Source: an uncultured Erysipelotrichaceae bacterium
GTDB lineage: Bacteria > Bacillota_I > Bacilli_A > RFN20 > DUOF01
Length of the DNA stretch: 64,000 bases
NCBI GenBank assembly: GCA_964442785.1
Contig: CAYTZW010000001.1
Location: 14,320-78,319 of the forward strand
Direction of reading: 5' to 3'
A program made the translations under genes and the position numbers. Under the pieces are notes generated by a model that had not been told where the DNA came from, did no database searches, and was given only the letters and a program-made list of their open reading frames with translations. Numbering within the stretch: position 1 is the first letter of the stretch; every line of letters begins with the position of its first letter. This document shows positions 19,737 to 31,745 of this stretch, piece after piece.

Positions 19737-20621
19737 TTATTTATCTTTAATAATTTCCTCTTTTTGCATTTCTTTACTAATTTCACTTAATCGCTTATCA
19801 ATCTTTGCTCCAAAATGCAAATCCTTAATAATATTAGAATAGCCATATACTAAATTAGGCATAAACTTATTTGCTAAGGTTGCAATATCTAAAGGAGTTA
19901 AATTCCATCTTCTTTCTATTAAATCGAAGATATCATAAGTTTGAGATTTTTCAGTCTTATATAAAATCCATTTCAATTCATTGATATTCTCATCATCACT
20001 TGCTAAATCTTCTAGTAATAATTCAATATAATATCTTAAAGCATCTAAAGCCATATTATCTAATTTTTGGTATCTTCTAGCAACTTCACTAACCCCTACC
20101 AAACTTTTAGCACAACTTGCTAAAATTTTCTTTTTATAAATCACATAATGCCTATCTGCAACATATTTATTACTTGGTTCTAAATTAATAGCAACCTTAA
20201 TCATATTAATTAATTCAATTATCTTATAATCAAAGGAAAATTCTAAAGTTTCTTCTTCTGTTGTATATAAATTAAGGTCAACAACGTGAGTTAACTTACT
20301 TAAAACATACTCCTTAAAAGAATCTAATGAACTTAAATTCAAAAGTCGATGTTGATTTAAACTAATATAACCTTTTTGAAAAATATTAATATATTCAGAA
20401 TCTTTTAAATTCTTAATAGAGTTTTCAATTCTTTTAATCCTATAAATAGATGCTGCATATCCAATATGTTTATTTTCAAAATCATTTTCCGTATTACAAA
20501 GGGTTAAAAATTCATTTTCACTATCTTCTAATAGTACTTTTTGATAAATAACTAATTGTTTTAAATCCTTTAAAATTTCCAAATACATATTGGTGGTTCT
20601 TGTATAAATTTTAGATTCCAT
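19737..20621 (-). CDS. hypothetical protein
   Basis: 294-aa soluble ORF between pth and yabG. It lacks GHMP kinase, PRTase and other motifs of the genes found here in B. subtilis. Confidence 0.4.
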   Translation of the reverse strand: MESKIYTRTTNMYLEILKDLKQLVIYQKVLLEDSENEFLTLCNTENDFENKHIGYAASIYRIKRIENSIKNLKDSEYINIFQKGYISLNQHRLLNLSSLDSFKEYVLSKLTHVVDLNLYTTEEETLEFSFDYKIIELINMIKVAINLEPSNKYVADRHYVIYKKKILASCAKSLVGVSEVARRYQKLDNMALDALRYYIELLLEDLASDDENINELKWILYKTEKSQTYDIFDLIERRWNLTPLDIATLANKFMPNLVYGYSNIIKDLHFGAKIDKRLSEISKEMQKEEIIKDK

Positions 20622-20712
20622 AAATACACCCGCCTTTTATTTATCACTAGTTAGATTATACCAATTTTTTTATCTCTTTTGTGAAAATAAATTACTTATC
20701 CACAAGGGTAAA

Positions 20713-21456
20713 TTACCCTATATAAATTTTCCTTGCCACCCCTTTAGTATCAATACCTCCTAATCCTTTACCTTTACTAACAGTATTCTCTAAAACTTTC
20801 TTAATATTCAAATATTCTAAAACGTGAGTACTAGCCGCTTGCATTGCAATATAACAAGGGTCTAAAACATTAATATTATTCTTATCAATACCACTAGAAA
20901 AATTAGCACCACTTTCTATAATACCTTCATAATAAGACTGACAAGCCCCTGCAAAAATAATCAAAGAATCCTTATTAGGTTGGTAAACCCTAGCCTTTTT
21001 AACTGCTTCAATAAAATACTTACTATTCAAATACTCTTTTATACCATTGACTTCTTTAACTTTATCGTGTCCCGTAATTACCAAAACATCAGGATTATAT
21101 TTAACTAACAAATTAGTTATATTTTTTGGTAAATCTTCTTCCTTCATAAAAATACCTACCGCTGGAATATTCTTATTTTTATATGCCTTCAAACACCTAT
21201 CTAAATATCCTTTATCGCCGTCAATATGTAAAATACTTCCTTTAACCAAATCATCATTAAGTCGAATTTGCTCCGTTAAGACTAAATCATTATTTTCTTC
21301 TTGGTATGTTAAACTTAAATCATCTTCATAAGCATCTGCTACAAGCCTTACATATTCTCCTTTTAAAATATATAGATTATTTCTAATATCGACGATTTTA
21401 AAAACTATATCGTGATTATACTTTTTTCTAGTAACTAAATCTCCTATTCTATACAA
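20713..21456 (-). CDS. yabG: sporulation-specific protease YabG (peptidase U57)
   Basis: Collinear with YabG (GDLVTRKKYNHDIVFKI...VLVITGHD...IFAGACQSY) and sits next to rsmA as in Bacilli. Confidence 0.7.
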   Translation of the reverse strand: MYRIGDLVTRKKYNHDIVFKIVDIRNNLYILKGEYVRLVADAYEDDLSLTYQEENNDLVLTEQIRLNDDLVKGSILHIDGDKGYLDRCLKAYKNKNIPAVGIFMKEEDLPKNITNLLVKYNPDVLVITGHDKVKEVNGIKEYLNSKYFIEAVKKARVYQPNKDSLIIFAGACQSYYEGIIESGANFSSGIDKNNINVLDPCYIAMQAASTHVLEYLNIKKVLENTVSKGKGLGGIDTKGVARKIYIG

Positions 21457-21529
21457 AAAAACTACCTCCTATAATAATATAGTGGTAGTTTCTTTATTTG
21501 TGATTATTTTTAGTCTATAAAACCAGTAA

Positions 21530-23428
<1,899 letters not shown>

Positions 23429-23611
23429 TTTCCGTCCTCCATTTGACTATTATTATACAAAACCATTGTATAAATGTAAATATTTTAGGTTATTATAAAT
23501 ATAGCCTATATGATAAATAATATGTTATTTTGTTTTAATTAATGTTTAATTTATTTTAATCAAAATAATAAAAAATATAGACTTTTTTTGCCTATATTTA
23601 ATTTTTACTAT

Positions 23612-24457
23612 TTATCCTAATTTGTTGGAAATTTCTATAAAGTCTTTTAGTTCTAATTCTTCTGCTCGAACATTCTCATTTAATTTCATTTCTTCTAAGA
23701 TTTTTTTCACTTTTTCTTTATCATATTTTTCTAAATTGTTGACTATTTTTTTTCTTCTCATTGCAAAAGATGTTCTTAATATATCTAAAAATAATTCTTC
23801 ATTTTTTAGATTTTCGTTTTTCTTATTCAAATTAAAATTTACGACACAGGAATCTACATTTGGTCTTGGTGTAAAGATGTTTTTAGAAACGTGTAAAGCG
23901 ATATGGCAATCACTGTAATAAGAAGATAAAATAGAAAGATTATTGTATTCTTTACCACCTTTTTTAGCACATATTCTTATAGCTACTTCTTTTTGCATCA
24001 TTGCGGTTATGGATTTTATTTTCGTGCTTTCTTGGAATATTTTTATTAAAATCGGTGTTGTTATGTAATAAGGAAGATTAGATACTATTACTACTTTTTC
24101 ATAATCTTGGAAATATTCTTCTATCACTTTATCTATATCTATTTTTAAAAAGTCTTGATTTATAACTGTTAAATTATCAAATTCTTTTAATTCATTATTT
24201 AATAAATCAATTAACTTCTTATCTATTTCAAAAGCTACTACTTTCCCTGCTTTTAAAAGTAGTCCTTCTGTTAAAGCTCCAATTCCTGGACCTATTTCAA
24301 TTACTCCTGTATTTTTATCTATATTTGCTGCTTCTACTATTTTATCTATTATTTTGTATTCGATGATAAAATTTTGCCCAAAAGACTTATTAGCAGATAT
24401 TCCATAATCTTTTAATATTTGAAAAGTTCTTGAATAAGTTGCAATTCTCATTTTCAT
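23612..24457 (-). CDS. rsmA: 16S rRNA (adenine1518/1519-N6)-dimethyltransferase
   Basis: FGQNFI motif and SAM-binding IEIGPGIGALT. Confidence 0.9.
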   Translation of the reverse strand: MKMRIATYSRTFQILKDYGISANKSFGQNFIIEYKIIDKIVEAANIDKNTGVIEIGPGIGALTEGLLLKAGKVVAFEIDKKLIDLLNNELKEFDNLTVINQDFLKIDIDKVIEEYFQDYEKVVIVSNLPYYITTPILIKIFQESTKIKSITAMMQKEVAIRICAKKGGKEYNNLSILSSYYSDCHIALHVSKNIFTPRPNVDSCVVNFNLNKKNENLKNEELFLDILRTSFAMRRKKIVNNLEKYDKEKVKKILEEMKLNENVRAEELELKDFIEISNKLG

Positions 24458-24978
24458 CTTCCTTTCTGAATATCTTCTTTTGTTAATCCTAACATATTAA
24501 ATTTCTTTAATAAACTTTTTCCATTTGATTTATCAATATGTAAGTTTTTACAGATTTCTTCCCTTTTTTTAGCGGAATCTTTATTTCCTATTAGTCCTAA
24601 TTCTAACATATCTTCAAGAGTAAAAGTTTGTTGATTTTCTTGATAAGTTACTACATTTTCTAAAGCCTTTAAAATATCTTCTTTTTTAGTTTCGGCAATA
24701 CCAACTTTTTTACCTTTTATCGCTTTTTCTTTTTCAATATAACAATGTTTACAATTCTTTATTCTATTTTGAATAATTTGTCTTATTCTTTTTCCTGGAA
24801 AATCAGGGTCAGTCATAATAATTATTTCTCTAGTTTTCGCTAGTTCTTCAATAAATAAAAGTGTTTCTTCACTTATTTCAGAACCATTAGTGATAATAAT
24901 GTCTGCTTCTAAAAAACTTTGTAGAAAACTTCTATCAGATTCTCCTTCTACGATTATTACTTCTTTAATCTTTTTCAT
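24454..24978 (-). CDS. rnmV: ribonuclease M5 (TOPRIM)
   Basis: EVIIVEGESDRSFLQ TOPRIM motif. The start was trimmed to MKKIKEV to remove the overlap with tatD. Confidence 0.8.
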   Translation of the reverse strand: MKKIKEVIIVEGESDRSFLQSFLEADIIITNGSEISEETLLFIEELAKTREIIIMTDPDFPGKRIRQIIQNRIKNCKHCYIEKEKAIKGKKVGIAETKKEDILKALENVVTYQENQQTFTLEDMLELGLIGNKDSAKKREEICKNLHIDKSNGKSLLKKFNMLGLTKEDIQKGR

Positions 24979-25744
24979 CTTTAATACCAAATAAACGTAA
25001 AGCATTTTCATACGTTTTTTCTTCTATATATTCTCTTGTTTTATTTCTCAGTAAAGCAATTTGATTAACTGTATAGACAATTAATTTAGGCTCATTCATT
25101 TTTCCTCTTAAAGGGTGTGGAGCTAAATAAGGAACATCTGTTTCCACTAACAATTTATCAATATCAACACATTTAGCAACTTCGTGAACTTTTTTAGCAT
25201 TCAAAAAAGTAACAGGACCCCCTAAAGAAATATACATTCCTAAATTAGTAAAATCCTTAATCATTTCTTTTGGTCCGCTATAGCAATGCATAACTCCTTT
25301 AGTTAAAAATTCTTTGTTTTCTTGTAAAATATTTAAAGTATCTTCTAAAGCATCACGAACGTGTAAAGAAATAGGTAATTTATATTTATAAGCTAATTTT
25401 ATAAATTTAACAAAATATTCTTTTTGAACTTTTTTTTCAACATTATCCCAATGGTAATCTAAACCTATTTCTCCAATAGCCACTACTTTCTTATTTACTA
25501 TTAGTTTTTCAATTTCAGAAATATAATCAATGCTTAAATCTTTAAACTCGGTAGGGTGAACACCAACCGCAACATAAACATTATGATATTTGTTAGCAAT
25601 TTCTACCGCTAACTTACTACTTTCAATATCATATCCAACGCATAAAAAACTTTTTACTCCTGCTTGTATTGCTTCTTCTAAATATTTTTCTAATTGAGAA
25701 TAAATATTTTTATCATTTAAATGTATATGTGTATCAAATATCAT
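24965..25744 (-). CDS. tatD: TatD-family metal-dependent DNase/hydrolase
   Basis: MIFDTHIHLND start and conserved metal ligands (GEIGLDYHW, HCYSG, ETDVPYLAP). Confidence 0.85.
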   Translation of the reverse strand: MIFDTHIHLNDKNIYSQLEKYLEEAIQAGVKSFLCVGYDIESSKLAVEIANKYHNVYVAVGVHPTEFKDLSIDYISEIEKLIVNKKVVAIGEIGLDYHWDNVEKKVQKEYFVKFIKLAYKYKLPISLHVRDALEDTLNILQENKEFLTKGVMHCYSGPKEMIKDFTNLGMYISLGGPVTFLNAKKVHEVAKCVDIDKLLVETDVPYLAPHPLRGKMNEPKLIVYTVNQIALLRNKTREYIEEKTYENALRLFGIKDEKD

Positions 25745-25746
25745 AT

Positions 25747-27090
25747 CTATTTACCCAAACAAAACTTAGAAAAAATTGTATCAATAATTTCATCTTGTTT
25801 TCTCTTTCCTAGAATATCTAACAACGCATAATAACAATCTTGTAAATCTACTGCTACTAAATCAACACTTAAACCTGCTTCATTAGCATTTATGGCATTT
25901 TCTAAACATTTCAAAGCTTGTTTTAAAAGTCCTATTTGTCTTACATTAGATAACATTGGCTTATTTTCATAATCCTTTGAATTAATACCAATAACATTAA
26001 TTAATTCTTCTTTTAAAGTATTGATATTGTCATCTTTAGCAGAAATTTCAATTCCTTCTAATTTCGTTTTTTTGTAACCTTTATCTATTTTATTTAAAAC
26101 TATTATTCTCTTTTTATTTTTTGTTAATTCTAACATTTGTTTATCTTCTTCATCTTCCTCTTGTGAACTATCAAAAACTAACAAAACAACATCGGCTTTT
26201 TTTATTGCTTCTTTCGATTTACTAACTCCTATTTTTTCTACGACATCAGTGGCTTCTCTTATTCCAGCAGTATCATAAAAATGTAAAGTTAAACCATTTA
26301 AATTCATTTTTCCTTCGACAACATCTCTTGTCGTACCTGCAATATCCGTTACAATCGCTTTATCTTCTCCTAATAAAACATTTAACAAACTAGATTTACC
26401 AACATTGGGTTTGCCCACAATCGCAACTTTAACTCCTTCAGTGATTATTTTTCCCATATATCCGTCATTAAGAGTTTTTACAATTTTATTTTTCAATGAA
26501 TTTAATAATTCTTTTAAACTTAATTGAGTGATTAAACTAGCTTCATCATACTCAGGATAATCGATGTTAACTTCTATTAAAGACCTAATATCTAAAATAT
26601 CATCTACTAATTCATTTATAACATTAGAGGTATTTCCTTTTAAAGAATTAATAGCGACTGAAACATTACTTTCACTTGTAGCCATTATCATATCGTGAAT
26701 GGCTTCGGCTTGAATTAAATCTAATTTTCCATTTAAGTAAGCCCTTTTGGTGTATTCTCCTTTTTCTGCCATTCTTGCACCATTTTTTATTAATTCCTTT
26801 AAAATATTGTTAACAATAAACATACCACCGTGGCAATTTATTTCTACTAAATTTTCACCAGTATAACTTCTTGGTGCACGATAAATTCCCACCATTACTT
26901 CATCGATAATAGTGCCATTATCATTATCTTTTATAAAACCATAAACCATCGAATGACCGACAACATTTTTTAAATCTTTAGAAAAAATCTTTTCGACTAA
27001 ATCAATAGCGTATTCTCCACTTACTCTTATAATCGCTAAAGCAGCATTCATTGGAGGAGTTGCCAAAGCAACAATAACATCATTTTCCAT
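25747..27090 (-). CDS. mnmE: tRNA modification GTPase MnmE
   Basis: G-domain GKPNVGKSSLLN and DTAGIRE, with the C-terminal CLGK motif. Confidence 0.9.
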   Translation of the reverse strand: MENDVIVALATPPMNAALAIIRVSGEYAIDLVEKIFSKDLKNVVGHSMVYGFIKDNDNGTIIDEVMVGIYRAPRSYTGENLVEINCHGGMFIVNNILKELIKNGARMAEKGEYTKRAYLNGKLDLIQAEAIHDMIMATSESNVSVAINSLKGNTSNVINELVDDILDIRSLIEVNIDYPEYDEASLITQLSLKELLNSLKNKIVKTLNDGYMGKIITEGVKVAIVGKPNVGKSSLLNVLLGEDKAIVTDIAGTTRDVVEGKMNLNGLTLHFYDTAGIREATDVVEKIGVSKSKEAIKKADVVLLVFDSSQEEDEEDKQMLELTKNKKRIIVLNKIDKGYKKTKLEGIEISAKDDNINTLKEELINVIGINSKDYENKPMLSNVRQIGLLKQALKCLENAINANEAGLSVDLVAVDLQDCYYALLDILGKRKQDEIIDTIFSKFCLGK

Positions 27091-27100
27091 TTTTACACTC

Positions 27101-27634
27101 CTATATATTTTTACTTATTTCGTTATTTTTTTGGAAAAAACAATCATCACATTCTTCAAATTTTTCCATATTTTTTTTAATGACTTTCTTATATAAAATA
27201 ACATCATTTTTATCAATAAAACTTACTTCATTTAAAGAAGAAAAATTTAACTTCAAACTTTTATCAATCGGCTTATCCATTTTGATAAAAGAATAGCCTT
27301 TATGCTTATAAAACTTACTAGCTTTATTATTTTTAGGTTCAAAAATACCATAGACATTTTTATTTCCGTCTTTAACAATTATTTCTTCAAATAAATCTAA
27401 AAGTTTACTACCTATTTTTTTACTTTGGTATTCTTCTTTAATCTCTATATTTCTTAAATAAATCAAATTATTCTTCAACTTTTCATAATATAAATGACCA
27501 ATATTTTCTTCTTTGTCATTAATAACTTCGATTTTATTATCATTAATTAAACAATAAATATTCTTATTTTTGTCATCATAAAATAAAGCTACTTTATCAC
27601 AATTATATTTTTCTTTAATATCTTTCAAAATCAT
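27101..27634 (-). CDS. GNAT-family N-acetyltransferase
   Basis: Acetyl-CoA motif QSKKIGSKLLDLFEE. Inserted between mnmE and jag relative to B. subtilis. Confidence 0.5.
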   Translation of the reverse strand: MILKDIKEKYNCDKVALFYDDKNKNIYCLINDNKIEVINDKEENIGHLYYEKLKNNLIYLRNIEIKEEYQSKKIGSKLLDLFEEIIVKDGNKNVYGIFEPKNNKASKFYKHKGYSFIKMDKPIDKSLKLNFSSLNEVSFIDKNDVILYKKVIKKNMEKFEECDDCFFQKNNEISKNI

Positions 27635-27708
27635 AAAAAAGCACCTCTTTTGTAATATTTTAACAATAAGAAGTGCTATTTTAAATATTTATTTTTCTTT
27701 TACACCAA

Positions 27709-28320
27709 TTAATCAATGTATTTGATAGTTAATTGTCTTTTTAATCCTTCTCCAATACTTTCGGTTTTAATATTTTTATAACCACTTAAAACATTATGGA
27801 TTACCCTTCTTTCATCTGCAGGCATAGGATCTAAAGTAATTGTTTGTTTTGTTTTTAGAACTTCGTGAGCATATTTCTTAGCCATACTTTCAATCTTAGC
27901 ATATTTGTTATCTTTATAATCTGCAACATTTAACAAAATTCTAAAATAATTTCTAAAAGTATTATTAACGGCAACTTTCACAAGTTCATTAAACATTTGT
28001 AAAGTTATTCCATTTTTACCAATAATCAAAGAATTATTATTAGTATTAATTTCAACATTGATGATAGGTTCTTTATATTCTATTGTAATTTCACTTTCCA
28101 AACCAAAATCATCTAGTAAAGTCTTAATATAATTCTTGATAAAATCAAAGACATCATTTTTAGTAAAAACTTCAATCTCGACTTTTTTAGAAAATAAACC
28201 TTTTTTTTCTTCCACTACATAATGATAAAATTCAGCTTTTTGCATATTTAATTCAACACAAGCATCATTAACTGCAGCTTCTTCTGTCTTATTTATAAAC
28301 CTTTTCATATTTCTTACCAC
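27709..28320 (-). CDS. jag: Jag/KhpB RNA-binding protein (KH + R3H)
   Basis: C-terminal R3H (ERRVIHNVLSGY) and the conserved position after yidC. Confidence 0.75.
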   Translation of the reverse strand: MVRNMKRFINKTEEAAVNDACVELNMQKAEFYHYVVEEKKGLFSKKVEIEVFTKNDVFDFIKNYIKTLLDDFGLESEITIEYKEPIINVEINTNNNSLIIGKNGITLQMFNELVKVAVNNTFRNYFRILLNVADYKDNKYAKIESMAKKYAHEVLKTKQTITLDPMPADERRVIHNVLSGYKNIKTESIGEGLKRQLTIKYID

Positions 28321-29359
28321 CTTTTTTATTATTTAAACTTAAATAGTGCATTACTAAAGTTTGTAGCACACTAAATACAGAACCTAAAGTCCAATAAATT
28401 GCCATTGCAGCAGGTAAAAAGAAACCTGTCCATAAAACTAACACTAACATAAATATCATTGTACCATTCATCTTTTGAGGTTTAACAACTTTACCTTGTT
28501 TCTTAGCTTTACTATTTGCTAACCAAGTTGACAATTTCATTGATAAGAATTGACCTAGAACCATAATGATAAATAATATAATTCCAAAGATATTTCCGTC
28601 AAAAACTTGTGTTGATAATTTTACTCCAAAAGATAAACCTAAGAAAGAACCTTCTTGTAAAATCGTAATATTTTGAACAGCACCCCACACCGCAATAAAT
28701 ATAGGCATTGTAATGAATGGAGTTAATAACATTGCTAATGGATTAATATTATACTTTGAATATAAATTTTGCATTTTCAAAGCATATTTTTGTTTTTCAG
28801 CTTGAGTTGTTGCTTTAGAATAAGCTTCATTAATTTCCATTAACTCAGGTTGAATTTCTTGTAACTTTTGAGTTTGTTTGGTACTTTTCCAAGTAATTGC
28901 TAAAACTAAGAACTTAATAAGGAAAGTAACTAAAACTAAAGAGAAGAATTTAGCGGTTCCTGAACCACCAAACCAATTAATAAATAAAATCATTAAGGCT
29001 GAAATAGGATAAACTAATAAACCTTCCATTAAACCTTTTTTCCAAGCATCTCCCCAAGTCTTCTTTTCGTATTTAACACCAGATTCAGACTCGTAATCAG
29101 AAGTAACAATACATTTTTTATCAAAATTTTTATATTCTTTATTCAATTTTGAATCTATATATTTTTGAATTTCTTCTTCAGTTGTTTTTCCTGCTTCTTG
29201 AGCTTCTTGTGTCCAAGTTGTTTCATATTGTTCTAGTAAATAAGATTTAATACTAGCCTTGTCTGCTTTACTACAAAAGTTAGATGTACAACCTGTGAAA
29301 ATAAAGACACAAAATACTAAAGGTAATAATTTAATTAATAACTTTTTTTTCTTTTTCAT
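28289..29359 (-). CDS. yidC: membrane protein insertase YidC/SpoIIIJ (lipoprotein type)
   Basis: Lipobox FTGC plus the YidC core TM helices; rnpA lies upstream. Confidence 0.85.
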   Translation of the reverse strand: MKKKKKLLIKLLPLVFCVFIFTGCTSNFCSKADKASIKSYLLEQYETTWTQEAQEAGKTTEEEIQKYIDSKLNKEYKNFDKKCIVTSDYESESGVKYEKKTWGDAWKKGLMEGLLVYPISALMILFINWFGGSGTAKFFSLVLVTFLIKFLVLAITWKSTKQTQKLQEIQPELMEINEAYSKATTQAEKQKYALKMQNLYSKYNINPLAMLLTPFITMPIFIAVWGAVQNITILQEGSFLGLSFGVKLSTQVFDGNIFGIILFIIMVLGQFLSMKLSTWLANSKAKKQGKVVKPQKMNGTMIFMLVLVLWTGFFLPAAMAIYWTLGSVFSVLQTLVMHYLSLNNKKGGKKYEKVYK

Positions 29360-29699
29360 AATTTTCCTCTATTCTTTCTTCCATTTTTTTATACAAAGTC
29401 TCTAATGATAAATAATTTCTTTGGAAATCATTATTCAAAAATTTTGACCTAGCGACAATAATTATATCATAAGAAAAATCAATATTGCATATATTTCTTA
29501 TCATTTCATTAATTTGCCTTTTCACTTTATGTCTAACTACTGAATTTCCTATTTTTTTACTAACGCTTACTCCTACTCTAATATATTCAAAATCATTTTT
29601 TTTATAATATATTGTATAAAAATCATTAGAAACAAATTTTTTCTTATTGATTACTTTTTGGAAATCTTCATTTTTTCTTAAACGATACTCTTTTTTCAT
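29331..29699 (-). CDS. rnpA: ribonuclease P protein component
   Basis: Basic 122-aa protein (KNEDFQKV...RHKVKRQ) immediately after rpmH. Confidence 0.8.
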   Translation of the reverse strand: MKKEYRLRKNEDFQKVINKKKFVSNDFYTIYYKKNDFEYIRVGVSVSKKIGNSVVRHKVKRQINEMIRNICNIDFSYDIIIVARSKFLNNDFQRNYLSLETLYKKMEERIEENYEKEKKVIN

Positions 29700-29713
29700 T
29701 TTTCTTTAATTTG

Positions 29714-29742
29714 AAAAAAACCACTTTGCAGTGGTCTTTTTT
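29714..29742 (-). terminator. hairpin plus U-run between rpmH and rnpA (partial terminator/attenuator)
   Basis: ACCACTTTGCAGTGGT stem with a flanking T7 in transcript orientation. Confidence 0.5.
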
Positions 29743-29875
29743 ATGCGGTTAATTCCTTTCTTCCTTTTGCCCTTCTACGAGCTATTACATTTCTACCATT
29801 AGCAGTAGCCATTCTTGCTCTAAAACCGTGCGTCTTAGCATGTTTTCTTTTACTAGGTTGATAAGTTCTTTTCAT
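29741..29875 (-). CDS. rpmH: 50S ribosomal protein L34
   Basis: [44 protein letters not shown]. This ORF is not in the supplied ORF track; it was found by eye. Confidence 0.9.
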   Translation of the reverse strand: MKRTYQPSKRKHAKTHGFRARMATANGRNVIARRRAKGRKELTA

Positions 29876-29880
29876 TATTA

Positions 29881-30269
29881 CACCTCCAAATAAATTTATA
29901 CCACGCTCAAATTATATAGATAAAATGTCTTTAAGTCAATAAAAATAAGGATTATCAACCAATTTTTTACTAACAAAATAATGTTGAAAACACACAAAAA
30001 ATATGTGGATAACTTTCAAAAAAGCCATATAATAAAAGAAAAACAAATGTTGATAACTTTATTCACTGTGGAAAACTTTATCCACTTTTACCCAATTTTC
30101 CCCGTTTATAAAGTTTTAGACAATTTATCCACAATGAATATTTGTTGACAATTGCTAAAAATCAATAATCATAAGGATTTTCATTGTTGAAAACTCTGTG
30201 GAAAATTAAAAATCAATAGACTTTTCCACAATAAATGGTATATTAAAGAAGGAATAAAGGAGTGGGAAA
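29881..30269. other. oriC: oriC DnaA-box cluster upstream of dnaA
   Basis: Perfect TTATCCACA boxes at 30004-30012 (minus) and 30125-30133 (plus). One-mismatch boxes at 30067-30075, 30078-30086, 30197-30205 and 30222-30230. Flanked by rpmH and dnaA. Confidence 0.8.
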
Positions 30270-31625
30270 ATGTTATCAAAACTAAATAATATTTGGGACG
30301 AGGTTCTTTCTAAGCTAAAAGTCCAAATAAATGATGCTAATATTTTTAACAATTTTCTATTATCTACTAAATTAGTAAATTTAGAAGGAGATACCGCTAC
30401 AATAAGTGTACCTTCCAAATTTACAAGGGAACTTATCGTTTTTAAATATTTAGATTTAATACAAAATTGTTTATGTGAAGTTACTGAAACAAACTTCAAA
30501 TGTGTAATCAAAGAAGAAAAAGAAATAAATGTTCCTGTAAGAGGAAATTTTACCAGCGATGAAGCTTTAAATAATACTAATTTAAATACTAAATATACTT
30601 TCGACAACTTTGTTGTCGGTACTTGTAATAGAGAATGTCATTCAGCTGCTTTAACAGTAGCTATTGAACCAGGTAATTTCTATAATCCACTTTTTATATA
30701 TGGAAAATCTGGAATTGGAAAAACCCATTTATTACACGCTATTGGGAATTATGCTAGATTAAAACAACCTAGAACTTTTAGAATTTTATATACTTCTTCT
30801 CAAGATTTTATGGACGACTTGTTCAAATCATTTAGAGAAGAAAGAGGAGCAGAAATCTTAAAAGAGAAAATTAAATCTATAGATTTACTTCTTATCGATG
30901 ATATTCAATTCTTCTCTGGAAAAGATAAAATGGGAGAAATATTTTTCCAATTATTTAACAATTTAATCAATTCAAGAAAACAAATCGTTATCACAAGTGA
31001 TAGACCACCTCATGAGCTAAAAGGATTAGAAGATAGATTAGTCAGCAGATTTGCTTCTGGACTAAGTGTTGGTATTGAAAACCCTGAATTTGATACATCT
31101 TTAAAAATCTTACACAAAAAAATAGAATCTTTAAATTTAACAACCGAAAAAATTGATGAAGATGTCTTAAATCATATTGCTTTGAAATATTCAAGCGATA
31201 TTAGACAACTTGAAGGAGCTCTTAATAGATTAATCTATTACGCTATCAATTTTAAACAACAAGAACATATAGATATGGATTTAGCTTTAGAGGCTTTTAA
31301 AGGTTTAGCACCTTCTGTTAGTAAAAAGAATGAATCCGTTTCTGTTGAAAGAATTAAAAATGCTGTCGCAGATTATTACAACTTATCCACAACTCAGTTG
31401 ATATCTAAAGTAAGAACTAACAATATTGCTACTGCAAGACACGTTGCAATGTATCTATGTCGAAGTATTTTAGACATTCCTTTTATTCAAATCGGAGTAG
31501 AATTTGGAGGAAGGGACCACTCGACTGTTATTAATGCGTGTGAAAAAATCGAAGAATTGTTGAAAACTGATGAGCAATATAAGAAAGCAATAGATGAGTT
31601 AAAATTCATCTTAAAAAGTAAATAA
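30270..31625 (+). CDS. dnaA: chromosomal replication initiator DnaA
   Basis: AAA+ signature GKSGIGKTHLLHAIGN and C-terminal DNA-binding domain ...ATARHVAMYLCR...GGRDHSTV. Confidence 0.97.
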   Translation: MLSKLNNIWDEVLSKLKVQINDANIFNNFLLSTKLVNLEGDTATISVPSKFTRELIVFKYLDLIQNCLCEVTETNFKCVIKEEKEINVPVRGNFTSDEALNNTNLNTKYTFDNFVVGTCNRECHSAALTVAIEPGNFYNPLFIYGKSGIGKTHLLHAIGNYARLKQPRTFRILYTSSQDFMDDLFKSFREERGAEILKEKIKSIDLLLIDDIQFFSGKDKMGEIFFQLFNNLINSRKQIVITSDRPPHELKGLEDRLVSRFASGLSVGIENPEFDTSLKILHKKIESLNLTTEKIDEDVLNHIALKYSSDIRQLEGALNRLIYYAINFKQQEHIDMDLALEAFKGLAPSVSKKNESVSVERIKNAVADYYNLSTTQLISKVRTNNIATARHVAMYLCRSILDIPFIQIGVEFGGRDHSTVINACEKIEELLKTDEQYKKAIDELKFILKSK

Positions 31626-31745
31626 AATATAGAAAATTTGATTTATTTATAGAGCAATTTGTGGTAGAATATTAGTGTTGAAAAAGGAGTTATCAACTTT
31701 TCCACAGCCCTTATTGTTATTATTAATTATCTTAGGAGGAATAAT
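31626..31745. promoter_or_regulatory. dnaA-dnaN intergenic DnaA-box/AT-rich unwinding region
   Basis: TTTTCCACA at 31698-31706 plus further degenerate boxes and AT-rich tracts. Bipartite origins are typical of Bacillota. Confidence 0.5.
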
